Shown here one piece after another: positions 13,037 through 25,864 of a stretch of DNA of 64,000 nt; the first letter of the stretch is position 1, and each line of letters starts with the position of its first letter. Source of the DNA: Pristiophorus japonicus (lineage: Eukaryota). The notes under the pieces were generated by a model. It did not search any database. It was not told where the DNA came from and saw nothing but the letters and a program-made list of their open reading frames with translations. Where the stretch lies: NCBI RefSeq assembly GCF_044704955.1, contig NW_027254527.1, positions 1-64,000 on the forward strand. The letters run 5' to 3'. The translations under genes and the position numbers were made by a program.

Positions 13037-14879
13037 TGCAGGCAGTGTGAGCCCGTACCTTCACCATTCCCCCTCCATGGTGCAGTGTGAGCCCGTACCT
13101 TCACCATTCCCCCTCCATGGTGCAGTGTGAGCCCGTACTGACACCATTCCCCCTCCATGGTGCAGGCAGTGTGAGACGTACCGACACCATTCCCCCTCCA
13201 TGGTGCAGTGTGAGACGTACCGACACCATTCCCCCTCCATGGTGCAGTGTGAGACGTACCGACACCATTCCCCCTCCATGGTGCAGTGTGAGACGTACCG
13301 ACACCATTCCCCCTCCATGGTGCAGGCAGTGTGAGACGTACCGACACCATTCCCCTTCCATGGTGCAGGCAGTGTGAGACGTACCGACACCATTCCCCCT
13401 CCATGGTGCAGTGTGAGACGTACCGACACCATTCCCCCTCCATGGTGCAGTGTGAGACGTACCGACACCATTCCCCCTCCACGGTGCAGGCAGTGTGAGA
13501 CGTACCGACACCATTCCCCCTCCATGGTGCAGGCAGTGTGAGACGTACCGACACCATTCCCCCTCCATGGTGCAGGCAGTGTGAGACGTACCGACACCAT
13601 TCCCCCTCCATGGTGCAGTGTGAGACGTACCGACACCATTCCCCCTCCATGGTGCAGTGTGAGACGTACCGACACCATTCCCCCTCCATGGTGCAGTGTG
13701 AGACGTACCGACACCATTCCCCCTCCATGGTGCAGTGTGAGACGTACCGACACCATTCCCCCTCCATGGTGCAGTGTGAGACGTACCGACACCATTCCCC
13801 CTCCATGGTGCAGTGTGAGACGTACCGACACCATTCCCCCTCCATGGTGCAGGCAGTGTGAGACATACCGACACCATTCCCCCTCCATGGTGCAGTGTGA
13901 GACGTACCGACACCATTCCCCCTCCATGGTGCAGTGTGAGCCCGTACCGACACCATTCCCCCTCCATGGTGCAGTGTGAGACGTACCGACACCATTCCCC
14001 CTCCATGGTGCAGTGTGAGACGTACCGACACCATTCCCCCTCCATGGTGCAGTGTGAGACGTACCGACACCATTCCCCCTCCATGGTGCAGGCAGTGTGA
14101 GACGTACCGACACCATTCCCCCTCCATGGTGCAGTGTGAGCCCGTACCGACACCATTCCCCCTCCATGGTGCAGTGTGAGCCGTACCGACACCATTCCCC
14201 CTCCATGGTGCAGTGTGAGACGTACCGACACCATTCCCCCTCCATGGTGCAGTGTGAGACGTACCGACACCATTACCCCTCCATGGTGCAGTGTGAGACG
14301 TACCGACACCATTCCCCCTCCATGGTGCAGGCAGTGTGAGACGTACTGACACCATTCCCCCTCCATGGTGCAGTGTGAGACGTACCGACACCATTCCCCC
14401 TCCATGGTGCAGTGTGAGACGTACCGACACCATTCCCCCTCCATGATGCAGTGTGAGACGTACCGACACCATTCCCCCTCCATGGTGCAGTGTGAGACGT
14501 ACCGACACCATTCCCCCTCCATGGTGCAGTGTGAGACGTACCTACACCATTCCCCCTCCATGGTGCAGTGTGAGACGTACTGACACCATTCCCCCTCCAT
14601 GGTGCAGTGTGAGACGTACCGACACCATTCCCCCTCCATGGTGCAGTGTGAGACGTACCGACACCATTCCCCCTCCATGGTGCAGTGTGAGACGTACCGA
14701 CACCATTCCCCCTCCATGGTGCAGTGTGAGACGTACCGACACCATTCCCCCTCCATGGTGCAGTGTGAGCCGTACCGACACCATTCCCCCTCCATGGTGC
14801 AGTGTGAGACGTACCGACACCATTCCCCCTCCATGGTGCAGTGTGAGACGTACCGACACCATTCCCCCTCCATGGTGCA
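13037..14879. repeat. 39/43-bp minisatellite (GTGCAGTGTGAGACGTACCGACACCATTCCCCCTCCATG)
   Basis: Direct inspection. Confidence 0.95.
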
Positions 14880-15019
14880 ATAGTAAATGGTGTCAATCGG
14901 TGTGGGGCGGGAACTCGAGGCGCCGACAGCCAATCGGCAGCCCACTTGTAGCTCCGCCCCATTGTCCTCAACATTGACCTCGGTGTAGGAAGGACGGACA
15001 AAAGAGGCAACGCAAGTTA

Positions 15020-18000
15020 AATGGCACTATTACAGGGAGTGAATGGTGCCCTATTACAGGGGGTGAATGGTGCCCTATTACAGGGGGTGAATGGTGCCCT
15101 ATTACAGGGGGTGAATGGTGCCCTATTCCAGGGGGTGAATGGAGCCCTATTACAGGGGGTGAATGGAGCCATATTACAGGGGGTGAATGGTGCCCTATTA
15201 CAGGGGTTGAATGGTGCCCTATTACAGGGGGTGAATGGTGCCGTATTACAGGAGGTGAATGGTGCCCTATTACAGGGCGTGAATGGTGCCCTATTACAGG
15301 GGGTGAATGGTGCCCTATTACAGGGGGTGAATGGTGCCCTATTACAGGGGGTGAATGGTGCCCTATTACAGGGGGTGAATGGTGCCCTATTACAGGGGGT
15401 TAATGGTGCCCTATTACAGGGGGTGATTGGTGCCCTATTACAGGAGGTGAATGGTGCCCTATTATAGGGGGTGAATGGTGCCCTATTACAGGGGGTGAAT
15501 GGTGCCCTATTACAGGGGGTGAATGGAGTCCTATTACAGGGGGTGAATGGTGCCCTATTACAGGGGGTGAATGGTGCCCTATTACAGGGGGTGAATGGTG
15601 CCCTATTACACGGGGTAAATGGTGCCCTATTACAGGGGTGAATGGTGCCCTATTACAGGTGGTGAATGGTGCCCTATTACAGGGGGTGAATGGAGCCCTA
15701 TTACAGGGGGTGAATGGTGCTCTATTACAGGGGGTGAATGGTGCCATATTACAGGAGGTGAATGGTGCCCTATTACAGGGGGTGAATGGTGCCCTATTAC
15801 AGGAGGTGAATGGTGCCCTATTACAGGGGATGAATGGTGCCCTATTACAGGGGGTGAATGGTGCCCTATTACAGGGGGTGAATGGTGCAGTATTACAGGG
15901 GGTGAATGGTGCCCTATTACAGGGGGTGAATGTGCCCTATTACAGGGGGAATGGTGCCCTATTACAGGGAGGGAATCGAGCCCTATTACAGGCGATGAAT
16001 GGCGCCCTATTACAGGGGGGGAATGGAGCCCTATTACAGAGGGTGAATGTGCCCTATTACAGGGGGGGAATGGAGCCCTATTACAGGCGGTGAATGGCGC
16101 CCTATTACAGGGGGGGAATGTGCCCTATTACAGGGGGGAATGGTGCCCTATTACAGGGAGTGAATGTGCCCTATTACAGGGGGTGAATGGTGCCCTATTA
16201 CAGGGGGTGAATGGTGCCCTATTACAGGGGGTGAATGGTGCCCTATTACAGGAGGTGAATGGTGCACTATTACAGGGGGTGAATGGTGCCCTATTACAGG
16301 GGGTGAATGGTGCCCTATTACAGGGGGTGAATGGTGCCCTATTACAGGAGGTGAATGTGCCCTATTACAGGGGGTGAATGGTGCCCTATTACAGGGGGTG
16401 AATGGTGCCCTATTACAGGAGGTGAATGGTGCCCTATTATAGGGGGTGAATGGTGCCCTATTACAGGGGGTGAATGGTGCCCTATTACAGGAGGTGAATG
16501 GTGCCCTATTACAGGGGGTGAATGGTGCCCTATTACAGGGGGTGAATGGTGCCCTATTACAGGGGCTGAATGGTGCCCTATTACAGGGGGTGAATGGAGC
16601 CCTATTACAGGGGGTGAATGTGCCCTATTACAGGGGGAATGGTGCCCTATTACAGGGAGGGAATCGAGCCCTATTACAGGCGATGAATGGCGCCCTATTA
16701 CAGGGGGGGAATGGAGCCCTATTACAGAGGGTGAATGTGCCCTATTACAGGGGGTGAATGGTGCCCTATTACAGGGGGTGAATGGTGCCCTATTACAGGA
16801 GGTGAATGGTGCACTATGACAGGGGGTGAATGGTGCCCTATTACAGGGGGTGAATGGTGCCCTATTACAGGGGGTGAATGGTGCCCTATTACAGGGGGTG
16901 AATGGTGCCCTATTACAGGGGGTGAATGGTGCCCTATTACAGGGGGTGAATGGTGCCCTATTACAGGAGGTGAATGTGCCCTATTACAGGGGGTGAATGG
17001 TGCCCTATTACAGGGGGTGAATGGTGCCCTATTACAGGAGGTGAATGGTGCCCTATTATAGGGGGTGAATGGTGCCCTATTACAGGGGGTGAATGGTGCC
17101 CTATTACAGGAGGTGAATGGTGCCCTATTACAGGGGGTGAATGGTGCCCTATTACAAAGGGTGAATGGTGCACTATTACAGGGGGTGAATGGTGCCCTAT
17201 TACAGGAGGTGAATGGTGCCCTATTACAGGGGGTGAATGTGCCCTATTACAGGGGGAATGGTGCCCTATTACAGGGGGGGAATGGTGCCCTATTACAGGG
17301 GGTAAATGTGCCCTATTACAGGGGGAATGGAGCCCTATTACAGGCGGTGAATGGCGCCCTATTACAGGGGATGAATGTGCCCTATTACAGGGGATGATTG
17401 TGCCCTATTACAGGGGGTGAATGGTGCCCTATTACAGGGGGTGAATGGTGCCCTATTACAGGGGGTGAATGGTGCCCTATTACAGGGGGTGAATGGTGCC
17501 CTATTCCAGGGGGTGAATGGAGCCCTATTACAGGGGGTGAATGGAGCCATATTACAGGGGGTGAATGGTGCCCTATTACAGGGGTTGAAAGGTGCCCTAT
17601 TACAGGGGGTGAATGGTGCCGTATTACAGGAGGTGAATGGTGCCCTATTACAGGGGGTGAATGGTGCCCTATTACAGGGGGTGAATGGTGCCCTATTACA
17701 GGGGGTGAATGGTGCCCTATTACAGGGGGTGAATGGTGCCCTATTACAGGGGGTGAATGGTGCCCTATTACAGGGGGTTAATGGTGCCCTATTACAGGGG
17801 GTGATTGGTGCCCTATTACACGGGGTAAATGGTGCCCTATTACAGGGGTGAATGGTGCCCTATTACAGGTGGTGAATGGTGCCCTATTACAGGGGGTGAA
17901 TGGAGCCCTATTACAGGGGGTGAATGGTGCTCTATTACAGGGGGTGAATGGTGCCATATTACAGGAGGTGAATGGTGCCCTATTACAGGGGGTGAATGGT

Positions 18001-19252
18001 GCCCTATTACAGGAGGTGAATGGTGCCCGATTACAGGGGATGAATGGTGCCCTATTACAGGGGGTGAATGGTGCCCTATTACAGGGGGTGAATGGTGCAG
18101 TATTACAGGGGGTGAATGGTGCCCTATTACAGGGGGTGAATGTGCCCTATTACAGGGGGAATGGTGCCCTATTACAGGGAGGGAATCGAGCCCTATTACA
18201 GGCGATGAATGGCGCCCTATTACAGGGGGGGAATGGAGCCCTATTACAGAGGGTGAATGTGCCCTATTACAGGGGGGGAATGGAGCCCTATTACAGGCCG
18301 TGAATGGTGCCCTATTACAGGGGGTGAATGGTGCCCTATTACAGGAGGTGAATGGTGCACTATTACAGGGGGTGAATGGTGCCCTATTACAGGGGGTGAA
18401 TGGTGCCCTATTACAGGGGGTGAATGGTGCCCTATTACAGGGGGTGAATGGTGCCCTATTACAGGGGGTGAATGGTACCCTATTACAGGAGGTGAATGGT
18501 GCCCTATTACAGGGGGTGAATGGTGCCCTATTACAGGGGGTGAATGGTGCCCTATTACAGGGGCTGAATGGTGCCCTATTACAGGGGGTGAATGGAGCCC
18601 TATTACAGGGGGTGAATGTGCCCTATTACAGGGGGAATGGTGCCCTATTACAGGGAGGGAATCGAGCCCTATTACAGGCGATGAATGGCGCCCTATTACA
18701 GGGGGGGAATGGAGCCCTATTACAGAGGGTGAATGTGCCCTATTACAGGGGGTGAATGGTGCCCTATTACAGGGGGTGAATGGTGCCCTATTACAGGAGG
18801 TGAATGGTGCACTATTACAGGGGGTGAATGGTGCCCTATTACAGGGGGTGAATGGTGCCCTATTACAGGGGGTGAATGGTGCCCTATTACAGGGGGTGAA
18901 TGGTGCCCTATTACAGGGGGTGAATGGTGCCCTATTACAGGAGGTGAATGGTGCCCTATTACAGGAGGTGAATGTGCCCTATTACAGGGGGTGAATGGTG
19001 CCCTATTACAGGGGGTGAATGGTGCCCTATTACAGGGGGTGAATGGTGCCCTATTACAGGGGATGAATGTGCCCTATTACAGGGGGTGAATGGTGCCCTA
19101 TTACAGGGGGTGAATGGTGCCCTATTACAGGGGGTGAATGGAGCCCTATTACAGGGAGGGAATTATGCCTTATTACAGGGGGTGAATGGTGCCCTATTAC
19201 AGGGGGTGAATGGTGCCCTATTACAGGGGGTGAATGGTGCACTATTACAGGG
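15020..19252. repeat. 24-bp minisatellite (GGTGCCCTATTACAGGGGGTGAAT), 4.2 kb
   Basis: Direct inspection. Confidence 0.95.
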
Positions 19253-19254
19253 TT

Positions 19255-20590
19255 GCAGGGACCAAGGAGACCGGTGGGTTTGTGAACACAAACCTTTGAA
19301 GGGCAGCAGGACAAGTGGCCGAGATTTTTCAGTAAAAAGCACTCGGGATCCTGGGCTTTATAAACCGAGGCGTAGAGCACAAAGGCAAGGGAGTTATTCC
19401 CCACAACCGCCGTAAATCACCGGCCAGGCCCCAGCTGGTGGATTGTGGCGGATTGCCGGAGCCGCACTGGACCAAGGAATTCAAGGCCATGGAGAGGCCG
19501 CAGGGGAGAGTTACTGAAATGGATTAGGGGCTTCAGTGACATGGGGCGACCACAGAAGCTGGGATTGTTCTCCTTCTGTACAGCAGAGAAGGTTCAGGGG
19601 GGAATGTAATGGATGTGTCCCACACACCGTGAGCTGTACCCTCCCTCTGTGTACACTCTATCCCCACACACCGTGGGCTGTACCCTCCCTCTGTGTACAC
19701 TCTATCCCCACACACCGTGGGCTGTACCCTCCCTCTGTGTACACTCTATCCCCACAAACACCATGGGCTGTATCCTCCCTCTGCATGCACTCTATCCCCA
19801 TATACACCGTGCACTGTACCCCCTCCCTCTGTGTACACTCTATCCCCACACACACCGTGGACTGTACCCTCCCTCTGTGTGCACTCTATCCCCACACACA
19901 CCGTGGGCTGTACCCGCTCCCTCTGTGCACATTCTATCCCCACACACACTGTGGGCTGTACCCCCTCCCTCTGTGTACACTCTATCCCCACACACTGTGG
20001 GCTGACCCTCCCTCTGTGCACACTCTATCCCCATTTACACCATGGGCTGTACCCTCCCTCTGTGTACACTCTATCCCCACACACCGTGGGATGTACCCTC
20101 CCTCTGTGTACACTCTATCCCCATATACACCGTGGGCTGACCCTCCCTCTGTGTACACTCTATCCCCACACACACCATGGGCTGTATCCTCCCTCTGTGT
20201 ACACTCTATCCCCACACATACCGTGGGGGAATGTAATGGATGTGTGCCAGATTGTGAGGGGTTCAGTGGATGGGGGAAACTGTTGCCACTGCCGGGAGGG
20301 TGGGTGGCCAGAGGTCACAGATAGAATTCAATTGGCAAAAAATCCAGGGGGAAGATGAGGAATTTAGCAAAAAAAATGTTGTTATACCCTCAGCGACAAG
20401 CTAAGATCTGGAATGTAGTGTCTGGGAGAGGGGGTGGGAGCAGACTTAATCATGTTTTTCCAAAGGGAATTGGATAAATACTTGAATCGGGAAAATCTGC
20501 AGGGCTTTGGGGAAAGAGCGGGGGGGGAGTGGGAATAATGTGATACCTCGGATATTGCTGGTACAGGCGCGATGGGCCCAATGGAGTCCT
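19255..20590 (+). mobile_element. Highly degenerate CR1 3' region interrupted by a minisatellite
   Basis: Residual similarity to the other CR1 3' ends (GGCCCCAGCTGG, CAGAGAAGGTT, AAAGGGAATTGGATAAATAC, GGGGAAAGAGCGGGG). Confidence 0.6.
19619..20224. repeat. Second array of the 45-bp minisatellite, flanked by 21-bp direct repeats
   Basis: GGGGGAATGTAATGGATGTGT at 19598-19618 and 20225-20245. Confidence 0.9.
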
Positions 20591-20619
20591 GTCCTGTAGG
20601 GTTCTATCAACCAGAGCCG

Positions 20620-22525
20620 GGTTGGGAGTGTGTGTGTGGGGGGGTGGGGAGTGTGTGTGGGGTGGGGGGGGGAAGGGGAGTGTGTGTGTCGGGGGGGGGA
20701 GTGTGTGTGGGGTGGGGGGGGAGTGTGTGTGTCGCGGGTGGGGGGGGGGTGGTGGTTATTGAGAGTGTGTGTGTGTGGGGGGAGGGAGGGGGAGTGTGTG
20801 TGTCGGGGGGGGGGGGTGTGGGGATGGGGGGGAGAGGGATGAGTGTGTGGGAAGGGGGGGGAGTGTGTGTGTGTGGGGTGGGGGGGGATGTGTGTATGTG
20901 GGGGATGATTGTGTGTGTCGGGGGGGTATTGAGAGTGTGTGTGTGTGGGGGGGAGGGGGAGCGGGGGTTGGGAGTGCGCGTGAGGGTGGGGGGGAGGGGA
21001 AGGGGAGTGTGTGTGTGGGGGGGGGAGGGGGAGTGTGTGGGGTGGGGGAGTGTGTGGGGATGGGGGGGAGGGGTGTTGGGAGTGTGTGTGTGGGTGGGGG
21101 GGGGGGAGTGTGTGTGCCGGGGGGGGAGGGGGAGTGTGTGGGGATGGGGGGGAGAGGGATGAGTGTGTGGGAAGGGGGGGGAAGTGTGTGGGGTGTGTGT
21201 GTTGGGGGGGAGTGTGTGTGCCGGGGGGGAGGGGGAGTGTGTGGGGATGGGGGGAGGGGTGTTGGGAGTGTGTGTGGATGGGGGGAGGGGACGGGGAGTG
21301 TGTGGTGAGGGGGGTAGTGTGTGGGGAGGGGGGGGAGTGTGTGGGGATGGGAGGGGAGAGGGGGGGGAGTGTGTGGGGAGGGGCGGACGTGTGTGGGGTG
21401 TGTGTGTTCGGGGGGAGTGTGTGTGCCGGGGGGGAGGGGGAGTGTGTGGGGATGGGGGGAGGGGTGTTGGGAGTGTGTGTGGATGGGGGGAGGGGACGGG
21501 GAGTGTGTGGTGAGGGGGGTAGTGTGTGGGGAGGGGGGGGAGTGTGTGGGGATGGGAGGGGAGAGGGGGGGGAGTGTGTGGGGAGGGGGGGACGTGTGTG
21601 GGGTGTGTGTGTGGGGGGGGGAGTGTGTGTGCCGGGTGGGGGAGGGGGGAGTGTGTGGGGATGGGGGAGGGGTGTTGGGAGTGTGTGTGGATGGGGGGAG
21701 GGGACGGGGAATGTGTGGTGAGGGGGTTAGTGTGTGGGGAGGGGAGGGGGGGAGTGTGTGGGGAGGGGGGGAATGTGTGGGGAGGGGGAGGGGAATGTGT
21801 GGGGAGGGGGAGGGGAATGTGTGGGGAGGGGGGGGAATGTGTGGGGAGGGGGGGGAGTGTGTGGGGAGGGGGGGAGAGGGGGGAGTGTGTGAGGAGGGGG
21901 GGGAGTGTGTGGGGAGGGGGGTAGTGTGTGGGAAGGGGGGGAGTGTGTGGGGAGAGGGGGGAGTGTTTTGGGAGGGGGGGAGTGCGTGGGGAGGGGGGGG
22001 AGTGCGTGGGGAGGGGGAGGGGAGTGTGTGGGGATGGGGGAGAGGAGGGAGTGTGTGGGGAGAGGGGGGAGTGTGTGGGGAGGGGGGGTAGAGTGTGTGG
22101 GGAGGGGGGGGGAGTGTGTGGGGAGGGGGGGGAGTGTGTGGGGAGGGGGGGAGTGTGTGGGGAGGGGGTGGGAGTGTGTGTGGAGGGGGGGGAGTGTGTG
22201 TGGGGAGGAGGGGGGGAGTGTGTGGGGAGGGGAGGGGGGGAGTGTGTGGGGAGGGGGGGCAGTGTGTGGGGAGGGGGGGGGAGTGTGTGGGGAGGGGGGG
22301 AGTGTGTGGGGAGGGGGGGGGAGTGTGTGGGGAGGAGAGGGAGTGTGTGGGGAGGGGGGGGAGTGTGTGGGGAGGGGGTGGGAGTGTGTGGGGAGGGGGG
22401 GGGGAGTGTGTGTGGGGATGGGGGGGAGAGGGGGGAGTGTGTGGGGAGGGGGGGAGAGTGTGTGGGGAGGGGGGGAGAGCGTGTGGGGAGGGGGGTAGTG
22501 CGTGGGGAGGGGGAGGGGGAGGGGA
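20620..22525. repeat. G-rich low-complexity array (GGGAGTGTGTGGGG...)
   Basis: Direct inspection. Confidence 0.95.
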
Positions 22526-22861
22526 CACGAGCGAGGACCCAATGGGCGGTATGACATCAGTCACCCGTTACATACTTTCATTGACTTTAGACCCGAATAT
22601 CGGGCGTGTCATATCACGGGCGGTAGAGGCGATTCGGATGACATTACGTCTCCGCCCATTGTCCAATTTCAGGTGATTTCTCATTGCCCTGTATTGTGCC
22701 ACCATCAGCACCGCTGGTGTCCCGGGGATAGAATGTGGGGCACAGGACTCTGTACCGCTTCTATTGCCTAACAGCCTCCCACATTGCTGGTCACATTTCC
22801 TCGTCCAGTTTCACCCCCGACACCAGTGCAGTTTTAAATGGCCAATCATGTCTGTACTCAC

Positions 22862-23182
22862 TTTTAGGTCCAGGTTCTGGGGTCTGAGCCGGCACCATTT
22901 CACTGGCCTTGTACCCCGCCTTGCAGTAGTAGACCCGATTGGTTTCCCAATCTGCTGCAGAGACTTTGAGCACACTGCTCATCGTGTACGCCATATTTTG
23001 CCCCAAGACAGCCGGATACTTCTTCACTCCAGTCGTGATGTCCGCACCATTAGTGGACCATGTCTGAATGATGCTCTTGGGCTGAAAATCTTTGACCAGG
23101 CACAGGAAGGTGATCCCATCTTGGTTGGAGTTGCTGCCACAGGAAGGGTTGGCGATGTAGACAGATGGTTTGGACTGAACAA
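22862..23182 (-). CDS. IgW: IgW constant exon CH1 (VVQSKPSVYIANPSCG...FLCLVKDFQP...WSTNG...KKYPAVLGQN...YYCKAGY...PEPGPK)
   Basis: 321-nt phase1/phase1 exon (ttaccttccag| and A|GTGAGT) with C1-set C-W-C. Motifs recall chondrichthyan IgW/IgX CH1 rather than IgM. Confidence 0.92.
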
Positions 23183-23333
23183 CTGGAAGGTAAATAGGTG
23201 CACACAGATAAGTCCAGTAAACAAAGTGCATGACAGGCACACACAGCAGGAGAGATTGTGTTGTGTATAACACCAGCCATTTCCCCAAACAGTTACACTG
23301 TGACACAACCAGCTTACAGTTGTATTGTGGCTC

Positions 23334-23765
23334 ATAGAAACATAGAAACATAGAAATTAGGTGCAGGAGCAGGTCATTCGGCCCTTCGAGCCTGCACCGC
23401 CATTCAATAAGATCATGACTGATCATGCAACCTCAGTACCTCTTTCCTGCTTTCTCTCCATACCCCTTGATCCCTTGAGCCGTAAGGGCCATATCTAACA
23501 AACTGGCATCAACAACTTTCTACGGTCGCGAATTCCACAGGTTAACCACTCTGAGTGAAGCAGTTTCTCCTCATCTCGGTCCTAAATGGTTTCCCCTTAT
23601 TCTTAGAGAGTGACCCCTGGTTCTGGAACTACCCAGCAATGGGAACATTCTTCCTGCCTCGAACCTGTCTAATCCCGTCAGAAATTTATATGTTTCTATG
23701 AGATCCCCTCTCATTTTTCTAAACTCCAGTGGATACAAGCCCAGTTGATCCAGTCTCTCCTCGTA
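23334..23765 (-). mobile_element. CR1 subfamily B 3' fragment just upstream of the CH1 acceptor
   Basis: (CATAGAAA)n tail and 3'UTR match the other subfamily B copies. Confidence 0.85.
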
Positions 23766-24084
23766 TGGCTCAGTTGGGAATCATGGTATCATTCTCAGCT
23801 CTGTCAGAAGGTAGTGGGTTCAAGCCCGCTCCAGATCCTTGAGCCCATCATCCAGGCTGATACTCCAGTGCAGTGCTGAGGGAGTGATTAATGCAGTGAC
23901 ATTGACTGGGAGATTAACGCAGTGACATTGATTGGGAGATTAATGCACTGACATTGATTGGGAGATTAACGCACTGACATTGATTGGGAGATTAATGCAC
24001 TGACATTGATTGGGAGATTAACGCACTTACATTGATTGGGAGATTAATGCAGTGACATTGGTTGGGAGATTAACGCACTGACAA

Positions 24085-25617
24085 TTATAGCAGATGCATT
24101 CGTTATAATCGACCAAAATTCTCTGGACTCTGGGGAGGTACCAGCGGATTGGAAAGCAGCTAATGTAACGCCTCTGTTTAAAAAAGGGGGCAGACAAAAG
24201 GCAGGTAACTATAGGCCAGTTAATTTAACATCTGTAGTGAGGAAAATGCTTGAAACCATCATTAAGGAAGAAATAGCAGGACATCTAGATAGGAATAGTG
24301 CAATCAAGCAGACGCAACATGGATTCATGAAGGGGAAATCATGTTTAACTAATTTACTTCTTTGAGGATATAACGAGCATGGTGGATAGAGGTGTACCGA
24401 TGGATGTGGTGTATTTAGATTTCCAAAAGGCATTCGATAAGGTGCCACACAAAAGGTTACTGCAGAAGATAAAGGTACGCGGAGTCAGAGGAAATGTATT
24501 AGCATGGATCGAGAATTGGCTGGCTAACAGAAAGCAGAGAGTCAGGATAAATGGGTCCTTTTCAGGTTGGAAATTGGTGGTTAGTGGTGTGCCACAGGGA
24601 TCGGTGCTGGGACCACAACTGTTTACAATATACATAGATGACCTGGAAGAGGGGACAGAGTGTAGCGCAACAAAATTTGCAGATGACACAAAGATTAGTG
24701 GGAAAGCGGGTTGTGTAGAGGACACAGAGGCTGCAAAGAGATTGAGATAGGTTAAGCGAATGGGCTAATGTTTGCCAGATGGAATACAATGTCATAAAAT
24801 GTGAGGTCATCCACCTTGGAAAACAAAACAGTAAAAGGGAATATTATTTGAATGGGGAGAAATTGCAACATGCTGTGGTGCAGATGGACCTGGGGGTCCT
24901 TGTGCATGAATCCCAAAAAGTTAGTTTGCAGGTGCAGCAGGTAATCAGGAAGGCGAATGGAATGTTGGCCTTCATTGCGAGAGGGATGGAGTACAAAAGC
25001 AGGGAGGTCCTGCTGCAACTGTACAGGGTATTGGTGAGGCCGCACCTGGAGTACTGCGTGCAGTTTTGCTCACCTTACTTAAGGAAGGATATACTAGCTT
25101 TGGAGGGGGTACAGAGACGATTCACTCGGCTGATTCCGGAGATGAGGGGGTTACCTTATGATGATAGATTGAGTAGACTGGGTCTTTAATCGTTGGAGTT
25201 CAGAAGGATGAGGGGTGATCTTATAGAAACATTTAAAAAAATGAAAGGGATAGACAAGATAAGAGGCAGAGAGGTTGTTTCCACTGGTCGGGGAGACTAG
25301 AACTAGGGGGCACAGCCTCAAAATACAGGGGAGCCAATTTAAAACTGAGTTGAGAAGGAATTTCTTCTCCCAGAGGGTTGTGAACCTGTGGAATTCTCTG
25401 CCCAAAGAAGCAGTTGAGGCTAGCTCATTGAATGTATTCAAATCACAGATAGATAGATTTTTAACCAATAAGGGAATTAAGGGTTACGGGGAGCGGGCGG
25501 GTAAGTGGGACTGAGTCCACGGCCAGATCAGCCATGATCTTGTTGAATGGTGGAGCAGGCTCGAGGGGCTAGATGGCCTACTCCTGTTCCTAATTCTTAT
25601 GTTCTTATGTTCTTATG
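24085..25617 (+). mobile_element. CR1 LINE subfamily A, 5'-truncated, frameshifted, no insert
   Basis: RT motifs YLDFQKAFDKV, GVPQGSVLGP and FADD; (TTCTTATG)n tail. Confidence 0.92.
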
Positions 25618-25864
25618 ATTGGGAGATTAATGCACTGACATTGATTGGGAGATTAATGCACTGACATTGATTGGGAGATTAATGCGGTGACACTGATTGG
25701 GAGATTAGTGCACTGATATTGATTGGGAGATTAATGCACTGACATTGATTGGGAGATTAATGCACTGACATTGATTGGGAGATTAATGCACTGACATTGA
25801 TTGGGAGATTAATGCACTGACATTGATTGGGAGATTAATGCACTGACATTGATTGGGAGATTAA

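Noticed and set aside
12562-19415. Long ORFs up to 649 aa with repeating peptides
   Set aside because: Translations of 39-bp and 24-bp minisatellites, open in several frames on both strands.
20572-22676. Gly-rich or Pro/His-rich ORFs; possible switch region
   Set aside because: Low-complexity G-rich array. It lies downstream of CH1 and is C-rich on the IgW sense strand, so position and orientation are wrong for an S region.
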